From positions 1-38,959 of IMG/VR virus record IMGVR_UViG_3300045988_088615: a DNA stretch of 38,959 nt; one strand, written 5' to 3'. The position numbers were made by a program, and so were the translations under genes. The notes under the pieces were generated by a model. It was not told where the DNA came from, searched no databases, and saw nothing but the letters and a program-made list of their open reading frames with translations. Below, in pieces: positions 25,077-32,021 of this stretch (position 1 is its first letter; each line of letters opens with the position of its first letter). This DNA comes from a virus.

Positions 25077-25331
25077 TTATTTATGCAAAATTCTCAAAAT
25101 GATCTCGGCAATGCCGGAAAAGTGCTCCGCAAGGACGCCAAGGATGAACGTTATAAGCGGTACAAGCACCTGTGCTATCGCAATCTTCTTCTGAAATCGG
25201 CGCTCACGTTCCTCTTCGGCTTTCTTCTCGGCCACTTCCTCGGCCTGCTGCTGTTTCCGTGAAGCATCCGCCAACGCTTTGGCGTATTCTTCAAATTCCC
25301 TCTGCACCGCATATCCCCCCCTTACCCCCAA
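25077..25331 (-). CDS. Possible small tail-anchored membrane protein (76-84 aa); strand ambiguous
   Basis: The minus ORF (TTG 25331 or GTG 25307) has a charged coiled segment plus a C-terminal transmembrane helix. The plus-strand alternative 25083..25262 has GAGGTG-N6-ATG and also encodes a transmembrane helix. I cannot decide between them from sequence alone. Confidence 0.35.
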   Translation of the reverse strand: MGVRGGYAVQREFEEYAKALADASRKQQQAEEVAEKKAEEERERRFQKKIAIAQVLVPLITFILGVLAEHFSGIAEIILRILHK

Positions 25332-25372
25332 ACATACACCAATTCACACCAACTTGCAATCAGCAATCACGA

Positions 25373-25385
25373 CAATACCCAAAAA
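25373..25385 (+). promoter_or_regulatory. Leader motif GCAATCACGACAA, 9 nt upstream of AGGAGGA
   Basis: Exact 13-mer, read directly. Confidence 0.55.
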
Positions 25386-25396
25386 GGAGGACCCTT

Positions 25397-25600
25397 ATGG
25401 AACATCCCGCATATCGAGACAATCTGGAACAAATCCTCGCCTTTACCGGCGGTCGGCAGCTTCTGAACCTATCTGACATTCGGAAATTCACCGGCATGAA
25501 GGATCTGCGCACCATTCAGCGTCATTTCCCTTTGCAGAAGGGCGGCTACATCTCCGCCGCCACGCTGGCCCGTCAGCTTTGCGAAGGTACCAGAAAATGA
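25397..25600 (+). CDS. Small DNA-binding-like protein (67 aa); possibly an excisionase or regulator
   Basis: ATG 7 nt after AAGGAGG. LLNLSDIRKFTGMKDLRTIQRHF looks like a winged-helix/Xis-type motif. The functional call is weak. Confidence 0.6.
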   Translation: MEHPAYRDNLEQILAFTGGRQLLNLSDIRKFTGMKDLRTIQRHFPLQKGGYISAATLARQLCEGTRK

Positions 25601-25809
25601 GCAAGCTCAACCTCTGCGGCTTCAAACCGGACCCCAAGCCGCCCGCACCGCCGGAGCTGGGGACGCGGTATGACCTCCGCCTTTGTCTGGGCGATGCAGA
25701 GAGCCCCACCCGCCCGGGAACTGTTACCTACATCAACATCCCGCACCGCTGGTTTCTGGACACCTTTGAGAACGGCCTGCGCCAGTGCTACCACTTTGAG
25801 GAGGTTTGA
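25597..25809 (+). CDS. Hypothetical protein (70 aa)
   Basis: ATGA overlap with the previous stop. Confidence 0.55.
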   Translation: MSKLNLCGFKPDPKPPAPPELGTRYDLRLCLGDAESPTRPGTVTYINIPHRWFLDTFENGLRQCYHFEEV

Positions 25810-25811
25810 CT

Positions 25812-25922
25812 ATGGATACCACAACATTCGTTTTCGTTCTGATCGGCGTGGCCACCGCCGCCGCGTGGCCTTTCAAAATTGTAGACATGATTGAGAGGAG
25901 GCCCCGTCATGAAAAGAGATAG
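25812..25922 (+). CDS. Small transmembrane peptide (36 aa)
   Basis: MDTTTFVFVLIGVATAAAWPFKIVDMIERRPRHEKR, in a chain of coupled ORFs. Confidence 0.4.
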   Translation: MDTTTFVFVLIGVATAAAWPFKIVDMIERRPRHEKR

Positions 25923-26037
25923 CCGCACGCGGGAGGAGCGCCGCCGGGACCGGGCCGACTTCTCCGCCCGGATCTCCTTCGGCTGCTTCCTCGGCTTTCT
26001 GCTCACGGTGCTGGCCCACTTGCTGGGCGTGATCTGA
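25909..26037 (+). CDS. Small transmembrane peptide (42 aa)
   Basis: GAGAGGAGG SD. MKRDSRTREERRRDRADFSARISFGCFLGFLLTVLAHLLGVI. Its TGA overlaps the next ATG. Confidence 0.45.
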   Translation: MKRDSRTREERRRDRADFSARISFGCFLGFLLTVLAHLLGVI

Positions 26038-26228
26038 TGCGCAGACGCCGTGGCCGGATGGCAGAATTACCGCCCTGCCCCCGGTGCCATATGTATGGCG
26101 GAAAACGAATGGTAGCCACCGGAAAGGAGGACCTGTTTTTCGTCCTCTGCGATTCCTGCGGCTACCGCACGAAAAAATATACGGACATCGCCCATGCGGT
26201 CCGTGTCTGGAGGGAGACCCAACTATGA
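26037..26228 (+). CDS. Lar-family restriction-alleviation-like zinc-ribbon protein
   Basis: CPRCH...C-x2-CGYRT...AHAVRVWRE resembles the Lar family pattern CPFCG...C..C...eA...WN.R. Confidence 0.6.
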   Translation: MRRRRGRMAELPPCPRCHMYGGKRMVATGKEDLFFVLCDSCGYRTKKYTDIAHAVRVWRETQL

Positions 26229-26449
26229 CCAGAAAAACATATCCCATTTGTGCCCACTGCGACCATCCGATGAACCCCGCCGCAGAGGATGACTGCGACC
26301 GGATGTTCCAGCTCCCGAACGGCGAGCTGTACTGCCCGCTCTGCTTCAAGGATTACCTGCTGGATAAGATTGATGACGACATGGATCTGTTTGCCGATGC
26401 TCTCGGTATCCCGGTTCTGTACACGGGGGGTCCCAATGCTGATATTTGA
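26225..26449 (+). CDS. Small Cys-rich hypothetical protein (74 aa)
   Basis: ATGA overlap. Contains CAHCDH...YCPLCF. Confidence 0.6.
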   Translation: MTRKTYPICAHCDHPMNPAAEDDCDRMFQLPNGELYCPLCFKDYLLDKIDDDMDLFADALGIPVLYTGGPNADI

Positions 26450-27014
26450 CGAAGCCACCCACACCTACACCCTTGATGGCGTCCAGCTTCCCAGCGTGAC
26501 CGAAGTCACCCGCTTCTGCGCCTATGATTACAAGTCCGACCGGCCATGGCTGGCGGAGGCTGCCGCCTGCCGGGGAACCGCCATTCACGAAGCCTGCGCC
26601 CTCATCGACTACGGCGAGGAGCCGGAGGAAACACCGGAGATCGCCGGATACCTGAAAGCCTACCGCCGGTTTCTGGCGGACTATAAGCCGGACTGGCAGC
26701 TGATCGAACACCCCATGGGGAGCCTTGACGTAGGCTTTGCCGGAACACTGGATCGTTTCGGCACCATCCGCGAAAGTCCATTGATTTTAGACATAAAGAC
26801 CGGACAGCTCCATGACGCCGCCCTTTCCGCTCAGATGACCGGCTATTACCAGCTGCTCCAGCATGAACGCGGCGGCATCCTGTTTGCTGAACTCTACGCC
26901 CTGAAACTCTCCCACGATGGGACATATCAGCTTGCCATGGTCACACCGCGTCCCGGCCTCTTAGGGGCCTGCATTACCCTCCACCATGCCACAGAAAGGA
27001 AGAAACGCACATGA
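26436..27014 (+). CDS. PD-(D/E)XK nuclease (Cas4/RecB-like recombination exonuclease)
   Basis: HTYTLDGVQLPSVTEV, GTAIHEA, AGTLDRF and LILDIKTG (D...D-x-K signature). The start at 26436 is preferred over the track's upstream extension. Confidence 0.75.
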   Translation: MLIFDEATHTYTLDGVQLPSVTEVTRFCAYDYKSDRPWLAEAAACRGTAIHEACALIDYGEEPEETPEIAGYLKAYRRFLADYKPDWQLIEHPMGSLDVGFAGTLDRFGTIRESPLILDIKTGQLHDAALSAQMTGYYQLLQHERGGILFAELYALKLSHDGTYQLAMVTPRPGLLGACITLHHATERKKRT

Positions 27015-27730
27015 ATGAGCTGACCCTGTACAACTATAACGCCGCCGCACTGATGGTGGCCCCCGTCCCCCGCACCGGAAATTACACCATCTGCGCCCCA
27101 GACGGAGCACCCGCCGTCCTGAAACGCGGCATCGACTTCGGCATGATCCGCAAGAAGAACGGCGACGCCATGACGAAAAACCCCACCCTCTTCAAATCCG
27201 GTGCGGAGAAGGTGGCCGTGGCTTATGGCCTCTGCCAGCGCTACACGCTGGAAAGCAAGCTGGAGGACATCGAGCACGGCTTTTTCTATTTCCTCGTCCG
27301 CTGCGACCTCATCAAGATCTACGACGGCAAGGAATACGTCATCACCTCCGCCTACGGCTCCGGCAACACCCGGGAGGGCCGCACCGGTTCCCAGTCCCCC
27401 TATGACGGTGCCAACAGCGCAGTCAAGATGGCCCAGAAGCGTGCCTTGGTCTCCGCCGCCCTGTCCCTCGGCTGCGTCTCTGATATGTTCACCCAGGACA
27501 TTGAGAGCGACACCGAGGACGGCAGCGCCTACATGACCAACAAGGACCCCAACGCCCCCATTACCGCCGCACAGGTCAAATTCTTCTATTCTGCCTGTTC
27601 CCGCCACGGCCTGACGAAGCAGGAGGCGAAAACCCTCTTGAAGGCCCACGGCTATGACAGCGCCAGCAAGGTCCTCAGCAAGGACTTTGACGCCCTGCTG
27701 GACGCGCTGGAACCGAAGGAGAATGCCTGA
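27011..27730 (+). CDS. Putative single-strand annealing protein (Rad52/ERF-like motif)
   Basis: ANSAVKMAQKRALVSAALSLG motif. Sits between the nuclease and SSB. The family assignment is tentative. Confidence 0.55.
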   Translation: MNELTLYNYNAAALMVAPVPRTGNYTICAPDGAPAVLKRGIDFGMIRKKNGDAMTKNPTLFKSGAEKVAVAYGLCQRYTLESKLEDIEHGFFYFLVRCDLIKIYDGKEYVITSAYGSGNTREGRTGSQSPYDGANSAVKMAQKRALVSAALSLGCVSDMFTQDIESDTEDGSAYMTNKDPNAPITAAQVKFFYSACSRHGLTKQEAKTLLKAHGYDSASKVLSKDFDALLDALEPKENA

Positions 27731-28143
27731 TGTTTATCAACGGCTTACCGGACTGCAACCGGGAGGGCGTCCCGCAGAAAACCGGCCTGATCTGTGGCCG
27801 CTGCGCCAAGGACGCCCAGATCTTTACCTCCAAAAAAGGTACCGTCATCGGTTCCGTCTCCGTCCCGGCCTATAACAAGCCTGACGGCACCACCGTCTGG
27901 ATGACCGTCAAGGGCTACGGCTCCATGGGCCGCGTAGTCGCCAGCGCCTCCAAGGGCGATCCAATCATCGCTGTGGGCCGCGTAGAACCCCATGACTACG
28001 AGGGCAAGACCTATATCAACTTCATCGCGGATTGGGCCTCTGTGGGTGCTCAGCGCATCGACGTCCGTACCGCCGCCGCCCCGCCCATGAACAGCAGCGG
28101 AGGATTTGAAGAAATTCAGGATGACGGGGAGCTTCCCTTTTAA
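27730..28143 (+). CDS. ssb: Single-stranded DNA-binding protein
   Basis: OB-fold-like core and an acidic C-terminal tip, EEIQDDGELPF. The N-terminal 19 aa are atypical, so the start is uncertain. Confidence 0.8.
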   Translation: MFINGLPDCNREGVPQKTGLICGRCAKDAQIFTSKKGTVIGSVSVPAYNKPDGTTVWMTVKGYGSMGRVVASASKGDPIIAVGRVEPHDYEGKTYINFIADWASVGAQRIDVRTAAAPPMNSSGGFEEIQDDGELPF

Positions 28144-28367
28144 CAACGTTGCCGTGTGTGTCTAAAGAGTGATGACGGGCGGATGTAAGCAAGCCGCAGC
28201 ACGATCACCGACCCCCACGGCAGCCGCAGAGAAAAGAAGAACGCCCCCCCACACCCCCCTAAGAAGAAAAGATTATATATATTTATCTCTCTTAGCTGCT
28301 GCAGCAGCTAAAAGAAGCTATTAAGAAGCTATTAGAGACTTCTACGGAAGTCTTACAGGAGAAGAAC
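28144..28367. promoter_or_regulatory. Structured intergenic region; candidate replication origin or control region
   Basis: C7 (28244-28250) and C6 (28254-28259); (TA)n at 28274-28282; perfect 18-bp palindrome TAGCTGCTGCAGCAGCTA at 28293-28310; 11-bp tandem AAGAAGCTATT x2 at 28312-28333; hairpin agacttc-tacg-gaagtct at 28336-28353. Confidence 0.7.
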
Positions 28368-28772
28368 ATGGAGAAACAGGATACCCGGCGCTTGTTCAGC
28401 CTGATCGAAACGATCTATCCCAATGCGAAGCAGCAGTCCCGCACCGCCGCAGACTTAGAGGCATGGACACTGGTTTTGGCCCCATGGGACTACGAGGACG
28501 TGAAACAGGCGGTCATTGTCCGGGCGAGGGAAAACCGGTTTTACCCGGATGTGTATGAACTGGTTCCATTCCTCCCAAAACTGGAAAAACCCAACGCGGA
28601 GGAGGCACCCATGCCAGAGCCGTCCGACGCCTATCTGGAAAAGTTCTATGCGAAGTACAAAGCCCTGCATGAGCGGTGGAAAGCCGCAGGCATCCCCACC
28701 CCCTCCGAAGCGAAGAAACATGGGATGACCTATGCGGACTGGGAAAAGATGGCGAAAGGAGCTGGCGTGTAA
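28368..28772 (+). CDS. G39P-like replicative-helicase loader / replisome organiser (tentative)
   Basis: LIETIYPNAK...LEAWTLVLAPWDYEDVKQAVIVRARENRFYPDVYEL matches the SPP1 G39P N-terminal pattern as I recall it. Confidence 0.5.
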   Translation: MEKQDTRRLFSLIETIYPNAKQQSRTAADLEAWTLVLAPWDYEDVKQAVIVRARENRFYPDVYELVPFLPKLEKPNAEEAPMPEPSDAYLEKFYAKYKALHERWKAAGIPTPSEAKKHGMTYADWEKMAKGAGV

Positions 28773-29036
28773 TGGCTGCGGATATTAAGCTGTCGGATTG
28801 CCTCATTGCCCCCCCACAGTCAGCTCTGCTGGGACTGCGCAAAAGCCTGCGGCGGGTGTTCCTGGTCCGGTATTGATCCAGTGACCCACAAACCCCGTTT
28901 TGAGCCGGTTCCGGGCTGGAAGGCAAAGCCCACCCGGACGGAGCGATCCACCAGGATGGGACGGAAGAAGCGGGTGCTGACATCTTATGCCATCCGGTCC
29001 TGCCCGGAGTTCGTGAAGGAGGAACGCCGTGGTTAG
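28772..29036 (+). pseudogene. Cys-rich protein gene whose reading frame is interrupted at a C7 tract (28809-28815)
   Basis: ATG at 28772 is coupled to the previous stop (TAATG) and reads MAADIKLSDCLIAPP. The conserved-looking part (HSQLCWDCAKACGGCSWS...PVPGWKA...) is in the +1 frame and has only a TTG at 28806 with no SD. Total length 265 nt = 3n+1. Confidence 0.55.
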
Positions 29037-29037
29037 A

Positions 29038-29166
29038 ATGGTCATTGACATCCATGAGGACGGTGACCTGCTGGCCTGCAAGGAAACCGTGGCCATGCTG
29101 CTGGAGCCTCTGGGCCGTGTCCGGGTGGTCAGCGTCATCATTGACGGAAAGGAGGAAAAGCGGTGA
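29038..29166 (+). CDS. Small hypothetical protein (42 aa)
   Basis: ATG 2 nt after the previous stop. Its 3' end carries the SD for, and overlaps, the GTG start of the methyltransferase gene. Confidence 0.4.
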   Translation: MVIDIHEDGDLLACKETVAMLLEPLGRVRVVSVIIDGKEEKR

Positions 29167-29858
29167 ACGTAGCCTATAACATGGACTGCATGGAGTATAT
29201 GCGGACGCTGCAGGACAAGGCGTTTGATCTGGCTGTGGTAGACCCTCCATATTTCAGCGGGCCGGAGCGGCGCGGATATTATGGCTGCAAGGTCAGCAAA
29301 ATCGGTGTGCACAGAGACTACCCCATATCGCCGAAGTGGGATATTCCGACACGTGAATATTTCGATGAGTTGGAACGTGTCGCAAAGCGCTATATCGTTT
29401 GGGGCTGCAACTATTTCGACTATCACTTTGCGCCGGGGCGCATTGTTTGGAACAAGTGCAACGAGGGCAGCTCTTTTAGCGATTGCGAGATCGCAGCCAC
29501 AAACTGCCATGACAGCGTACGGCTTTTCCACTACATGTGGAATGGCATGATGCAGGGCAAAAGCATCGCAGAGGGGTTTATCCAGCAAGGGAATAAGGCG
29601 ATGAACGAGCAGCGCATTCATCCGACGCAGAAGCCTGTGGCGCTTTACGTGTGGTTGCTTCAGAAGTACGCCAAGCCCGGAGACAAGATACTTGACACCC
29701 ACTTAGGCAGCGGCAGCAGCCGCATAGCCGCCTATGATCTTGGTTTTGATTTTGCTGGATGCGAGATCGACCCTCACTATTTTCAGGCGCAGGAAAAGCG
29801 CTTTGCGGAACACACGGCGCAGATCAGTTTGTTTACCTGTGAGGAGGGAAAACGATGA
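29163..29858 (+). CDS. DNA methyltransferase, beta-class N6-adenine/N4-cytosine type (orphan)
   Basis: Motif IV VVDPPYF precedes motif I LDTHLGSGSS. Also HPTQKPVAL. No adjacent restriction endonuclease. Confidence 0.9.
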   Translation: MNVAYNMDCMEYMRTLQDKAFDLAVVDPPYFSGPERRGYYGCKVSKIGVHRDYPISPKWDIPTREYFDELERVAKRYIVWGCNYFDYHFAPGRIVWNKCNEGSSFSDCEIAATNCHDSVRLFHYMWNGMMQGKSIAEGFIQQGNKAMNEQRIHPTQKPVALYVWLLQKYAKPGDKILDTHLGSGSSRIAAYDLGFDFAGCEIDPHYFQAQEKRFAEHTAQISLFTCEEGKR

Positions 29859-30262
29859 AAGTTACATTTACGGTTCCCGGTATTCCGGTGGGCAAAGGCC
29901 GTCCCCGGTTTATGAAAAATGGTCACACCTACACCCCGCAGAAAACGCGTGATTACGAGGACAAGGTGGTGCAGTGCTGGAAGTGCCAGAGCGGAAAGGG
30001 CTTTGCGGCGGGTGTGCCGCTCAGGGCCACCGTCACGGCGTTCTTCACGGTGCCAAAGAGCACATCGAAGAAGAAGACTGCTGCTCTGGACGGTACGCCC
30101 CACACCAAGCGCCCTGACGCTGACAACGTGGCAAAGGCCATTCTGGATGCGCTGAACGGCCACGCTTACAACGATGACAGCGCAATCGCACTGCTGACGG
30201 TGCGGAAGTATCAGACAACCGGAGCCTCCCGCGTGGAGGTCATCATTGAGGAGGCAGAATGA
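29855..30262 (+). CDS. rusA: RusA-family Holliday junction resolvase
   Basis: VGKGRPRF, YTPQKTRDYE and KRPDADNVAKAILDALNGHAYNDDS. Confidence 0.9.
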   Translation: MKVTFTVPGIPVGKGRPRFMKNGHTYTPQKTRDYEDKVVQCWKCQSGKGFAAGVPLRATVTAFFTVPKSTSKKKTAALDGTPHTKRPDADNVAKAILDALNGHAYNDDSAIALLTVRKYQTTGASRVEVIIEEAE

Positions 30263-30603
30263 TGCACTACGATATTTACTTAGAAAAGGACGGCCAGAGA
30301 GTGGCGACCTGTGGGAACTATGAAGCCCGCAAAGATGCCTTCGGCTATCAGGTGAAGGTGTCTAACATTTATCCGGAAATTACACCGGACAACACCTTTG
30401 TTGACGTAGTGAATCTGACTGACTTTAGGTTGGTGTGCGAAACCGCTTCCCGAAAGGTCGAGTATTTATTTCGAAACTGGACTTATGATGCGGCCCGCGC
30501 CCCAGAAATTAACGGCGGCATCTCACAGTTATACGGTATGGCTCAGTGGCGCAAGGAAATTGCATGTTGCATGCGAAGCGGAAACAGTGAGGAGGCAGAA
30601 TGA
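30259..30603 (+). CDS. Hypothetical protein (114 aa)
   Basis: Complete ORF with ATGA coupling at both ends. Confidence 0.7.
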   Translation: MMHYDIYLEKDGQRVATCGNYEARKDAFGYQVKVSNIYPEITPDNTFVDVVNLTDFRLVCETASRKVEYLFRNWTYDAARAPEINGGISQLYGMAQWRKEIACCMRSGNSEEAE

Positions 30604-30944
30604 TGGATGCGGTGAAGTTTGTAAAAACGCTTGGCAGAATGTGCAACGCTGAATGCATCAAATGTGAGTTTTGGAAAAGAAGAGGCAAGTGGGAATCCTG
30701 CAATTCCTGGCAAAAAAACCACCCGGAGGAGGCCGTTGCTATCGTGGAACAGTGGGCCGCGGAGCATCCCATCAAAACCCGCCAGAGCGAGTTTTTGAAG
30801 CAGTGGCCGGACGCGCGTATTAAAAAAGCGGATGGGTTACCGATGGCCAGCCCTTGCGACCTCGACGGCAAGCTGGCGGGCAAATGCGATGGGATTCCTT
30901 GCCCGGAGTGCCGCCGTAAATTCTGGCTTGCGGAGGTGGAATGA
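30600..30944 (+). CDS. Cys-rich hypothetical protein, tandem paralog A
   Basis: Shares IVEQWAxEHPxKTRQSxFLxQ and CxxCRxxFWLAExE with 30941..31309. Confidence 0.75.
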   Translation: MMDAVKFVKTLGRMCNAECIKCEFWKRRGKWESCNSWQKNHPEEAVAIVEQWAAEHPIKTRQSEFLKQWPDARIKKADGLPMASPCDLDGKLAGKCDGIPCPECRRKFWLAEVE

Positions 30945-31309
30945 TGGAAGCGTTGGAATTTTTCAAAGCAAGAAAACGGATGTGCGAAGCAACGAAATGC
31001 GCCAGTTGCAAACTGTTTCATGTTCAAGGAGGTTGTTGTATCGCTCCGGAAAACGAGAAGATTAACGCCGTCAAAGAAGTTATTGACATTGTGGAACAGT
31101 GGGCAAAGGAACATCCCGTCAAAACCCGCCAGAGCGTGTTTCTTGAGCAGTATCCTACGGCAGATGCCGATGAAAACGGCGTTTTGGAGGTATGCCCCGC
31201 TCTACTTTTTGCCTCGCACAGGGGAAAGAAAGGCGGGTGCTCAACCCTAAACCGCTCATGCGACGATTGCCGCAAGGAATTCTGGCTTGCGGAAGCGGAG
31301 GACGTATGA
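30941..31309 (+). CDS. Cys-rich hypothetical protein, tandem paralog B
   Basis: See paralog A; same length class and same motifs. Confidence 0.75.
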   Translation: MMEALEFFKARKRMCEATKCASCKLFHVQGGCCIAPENEKINAVKEVIDIVEQWAKEHPVKTRQSVFLEQYPTADADENGVLEVCPALLFASHRGKKGGCSTLNRSCDDCRKEFWLAEAEDV

Positions 31310-31530
31310 AACTATTGATCGGCGGAAGTCCCTGCACCCATTGGAGCATCGCACAGACCAAGAACCGCGAGACCGAGGCCAGCGGCATCGGCTGGGAGCT
31401 ATTTCTAAACTACCGTATCGCCCGCGACAAGTACAAGCCGGATTTTTTCCTGTACGAAAACAATAAAAGGCGGGGACACACAAAAGAAGAAGCTATTAAG
31501 GAGTGGAACAGGAGGGCTGACAATGGCTGA
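31306..31530 (+). pseudogene. Chimeric remnant: C5-cytosine methyltransferase motifs IV-VI fused to a Lar-like C-terminal tail
   Basis: LLIGGSPCTHWS (compare GGxPCQxFS), GWELFLNY and KPDFFLYENN (compare ENV), then KEEAIKEWNRR. No motif I (FxGxG) and no target-recognition domain. Confidence 0.55.
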
Positions 31531-31747
31531 ATATAAAATCTGCTTTAGAGTGGCTGGGGCGTTTGGCGCTCAAATCAGCTTTGAGGCAAAACCCGGCGTA
31601 TCCTATGAGGACGCTGCGGCGGCCCTTGACAAAGACAAACTGGCAAAGCTGATATGCCTCGACACCTTGGGCTACTCCGCAAAGGATATTGAGATTATCA
31701 CGCCGGAACAGTACGAGGCGGAATTTGGAGGGGATGAGGATGGCTGA
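31523..31747 (+). CDS. Hypothetical protein (74 aa)
   Basis: Coupled ORF starting MAEY. Confidence 0.6.
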   Translation: MAEYKICFRVAGAFGAQISFEAKPGVSYEDAAAALDKDKLAKLICLDTLGYSAKDIEIITPEQYEAEFGGDEDG

Positions 31748-32021
31748 ATACATTGAGCGGGAAGCGGCTGTAAAAGCATTTAATAATTTTGATGCTGGTA
31801 GGGCAGATAGTCCGCCTTTCACGCTTTTGACGCCAGAAGAGTTCGCAGAATATCTTTACGAACTTCCAGCCGCCGACGTGGCCCCGGTGGTGCATGGACA
31901 TAGGGTTGACAACGGAGGGTCCTACGCCAGATGCTCTCAATGCGACGGGGTACTGCCTCTTTGTGCCAATTACTGCCCCAACTGCGGGGCCAAGATGGAC
32001 GGAGGTGCTGACAATAGCTGA
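31740..32021 (+). CDS. Zn-ribbon paralog family member A (93 aa)
   Basis: ADVAPVVHGH and YCPNCGAKMDGGAD. GGAGGGG SD lies 7 nt upstream. Confidence 0.7.
   Translation: MAEYIEREAAVKAFNNFDAGRADSPPFTLLTPEEFAEYLYELPAADVAPVVHGHRVDNGGSYARCSQCDGVLPLCANYCPNCGAKMDGGADNS

Noticed and set aside
25083-25262. Plus-strand 59-aa ORF (GAGGTG-N6-ATG) as the real gene at this locus
   Set aside because: It is not firmly rejected. It is the mirror image of 25077..25331 (-), and both encode a charged segment plus a transmembrane helix. I listed the minus version because it is co-oriented with the adjacent moron, but the strand needs experimental data.
26927-29702. Minus-strand ORFs 26927..27649, 27745..28146, 28513..29250 and 28803..29702
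   Set aside because: They are antisense to the SSAP, SSB and methyltransferase genes, which have strong motifs and translational coupling on the plus strand.
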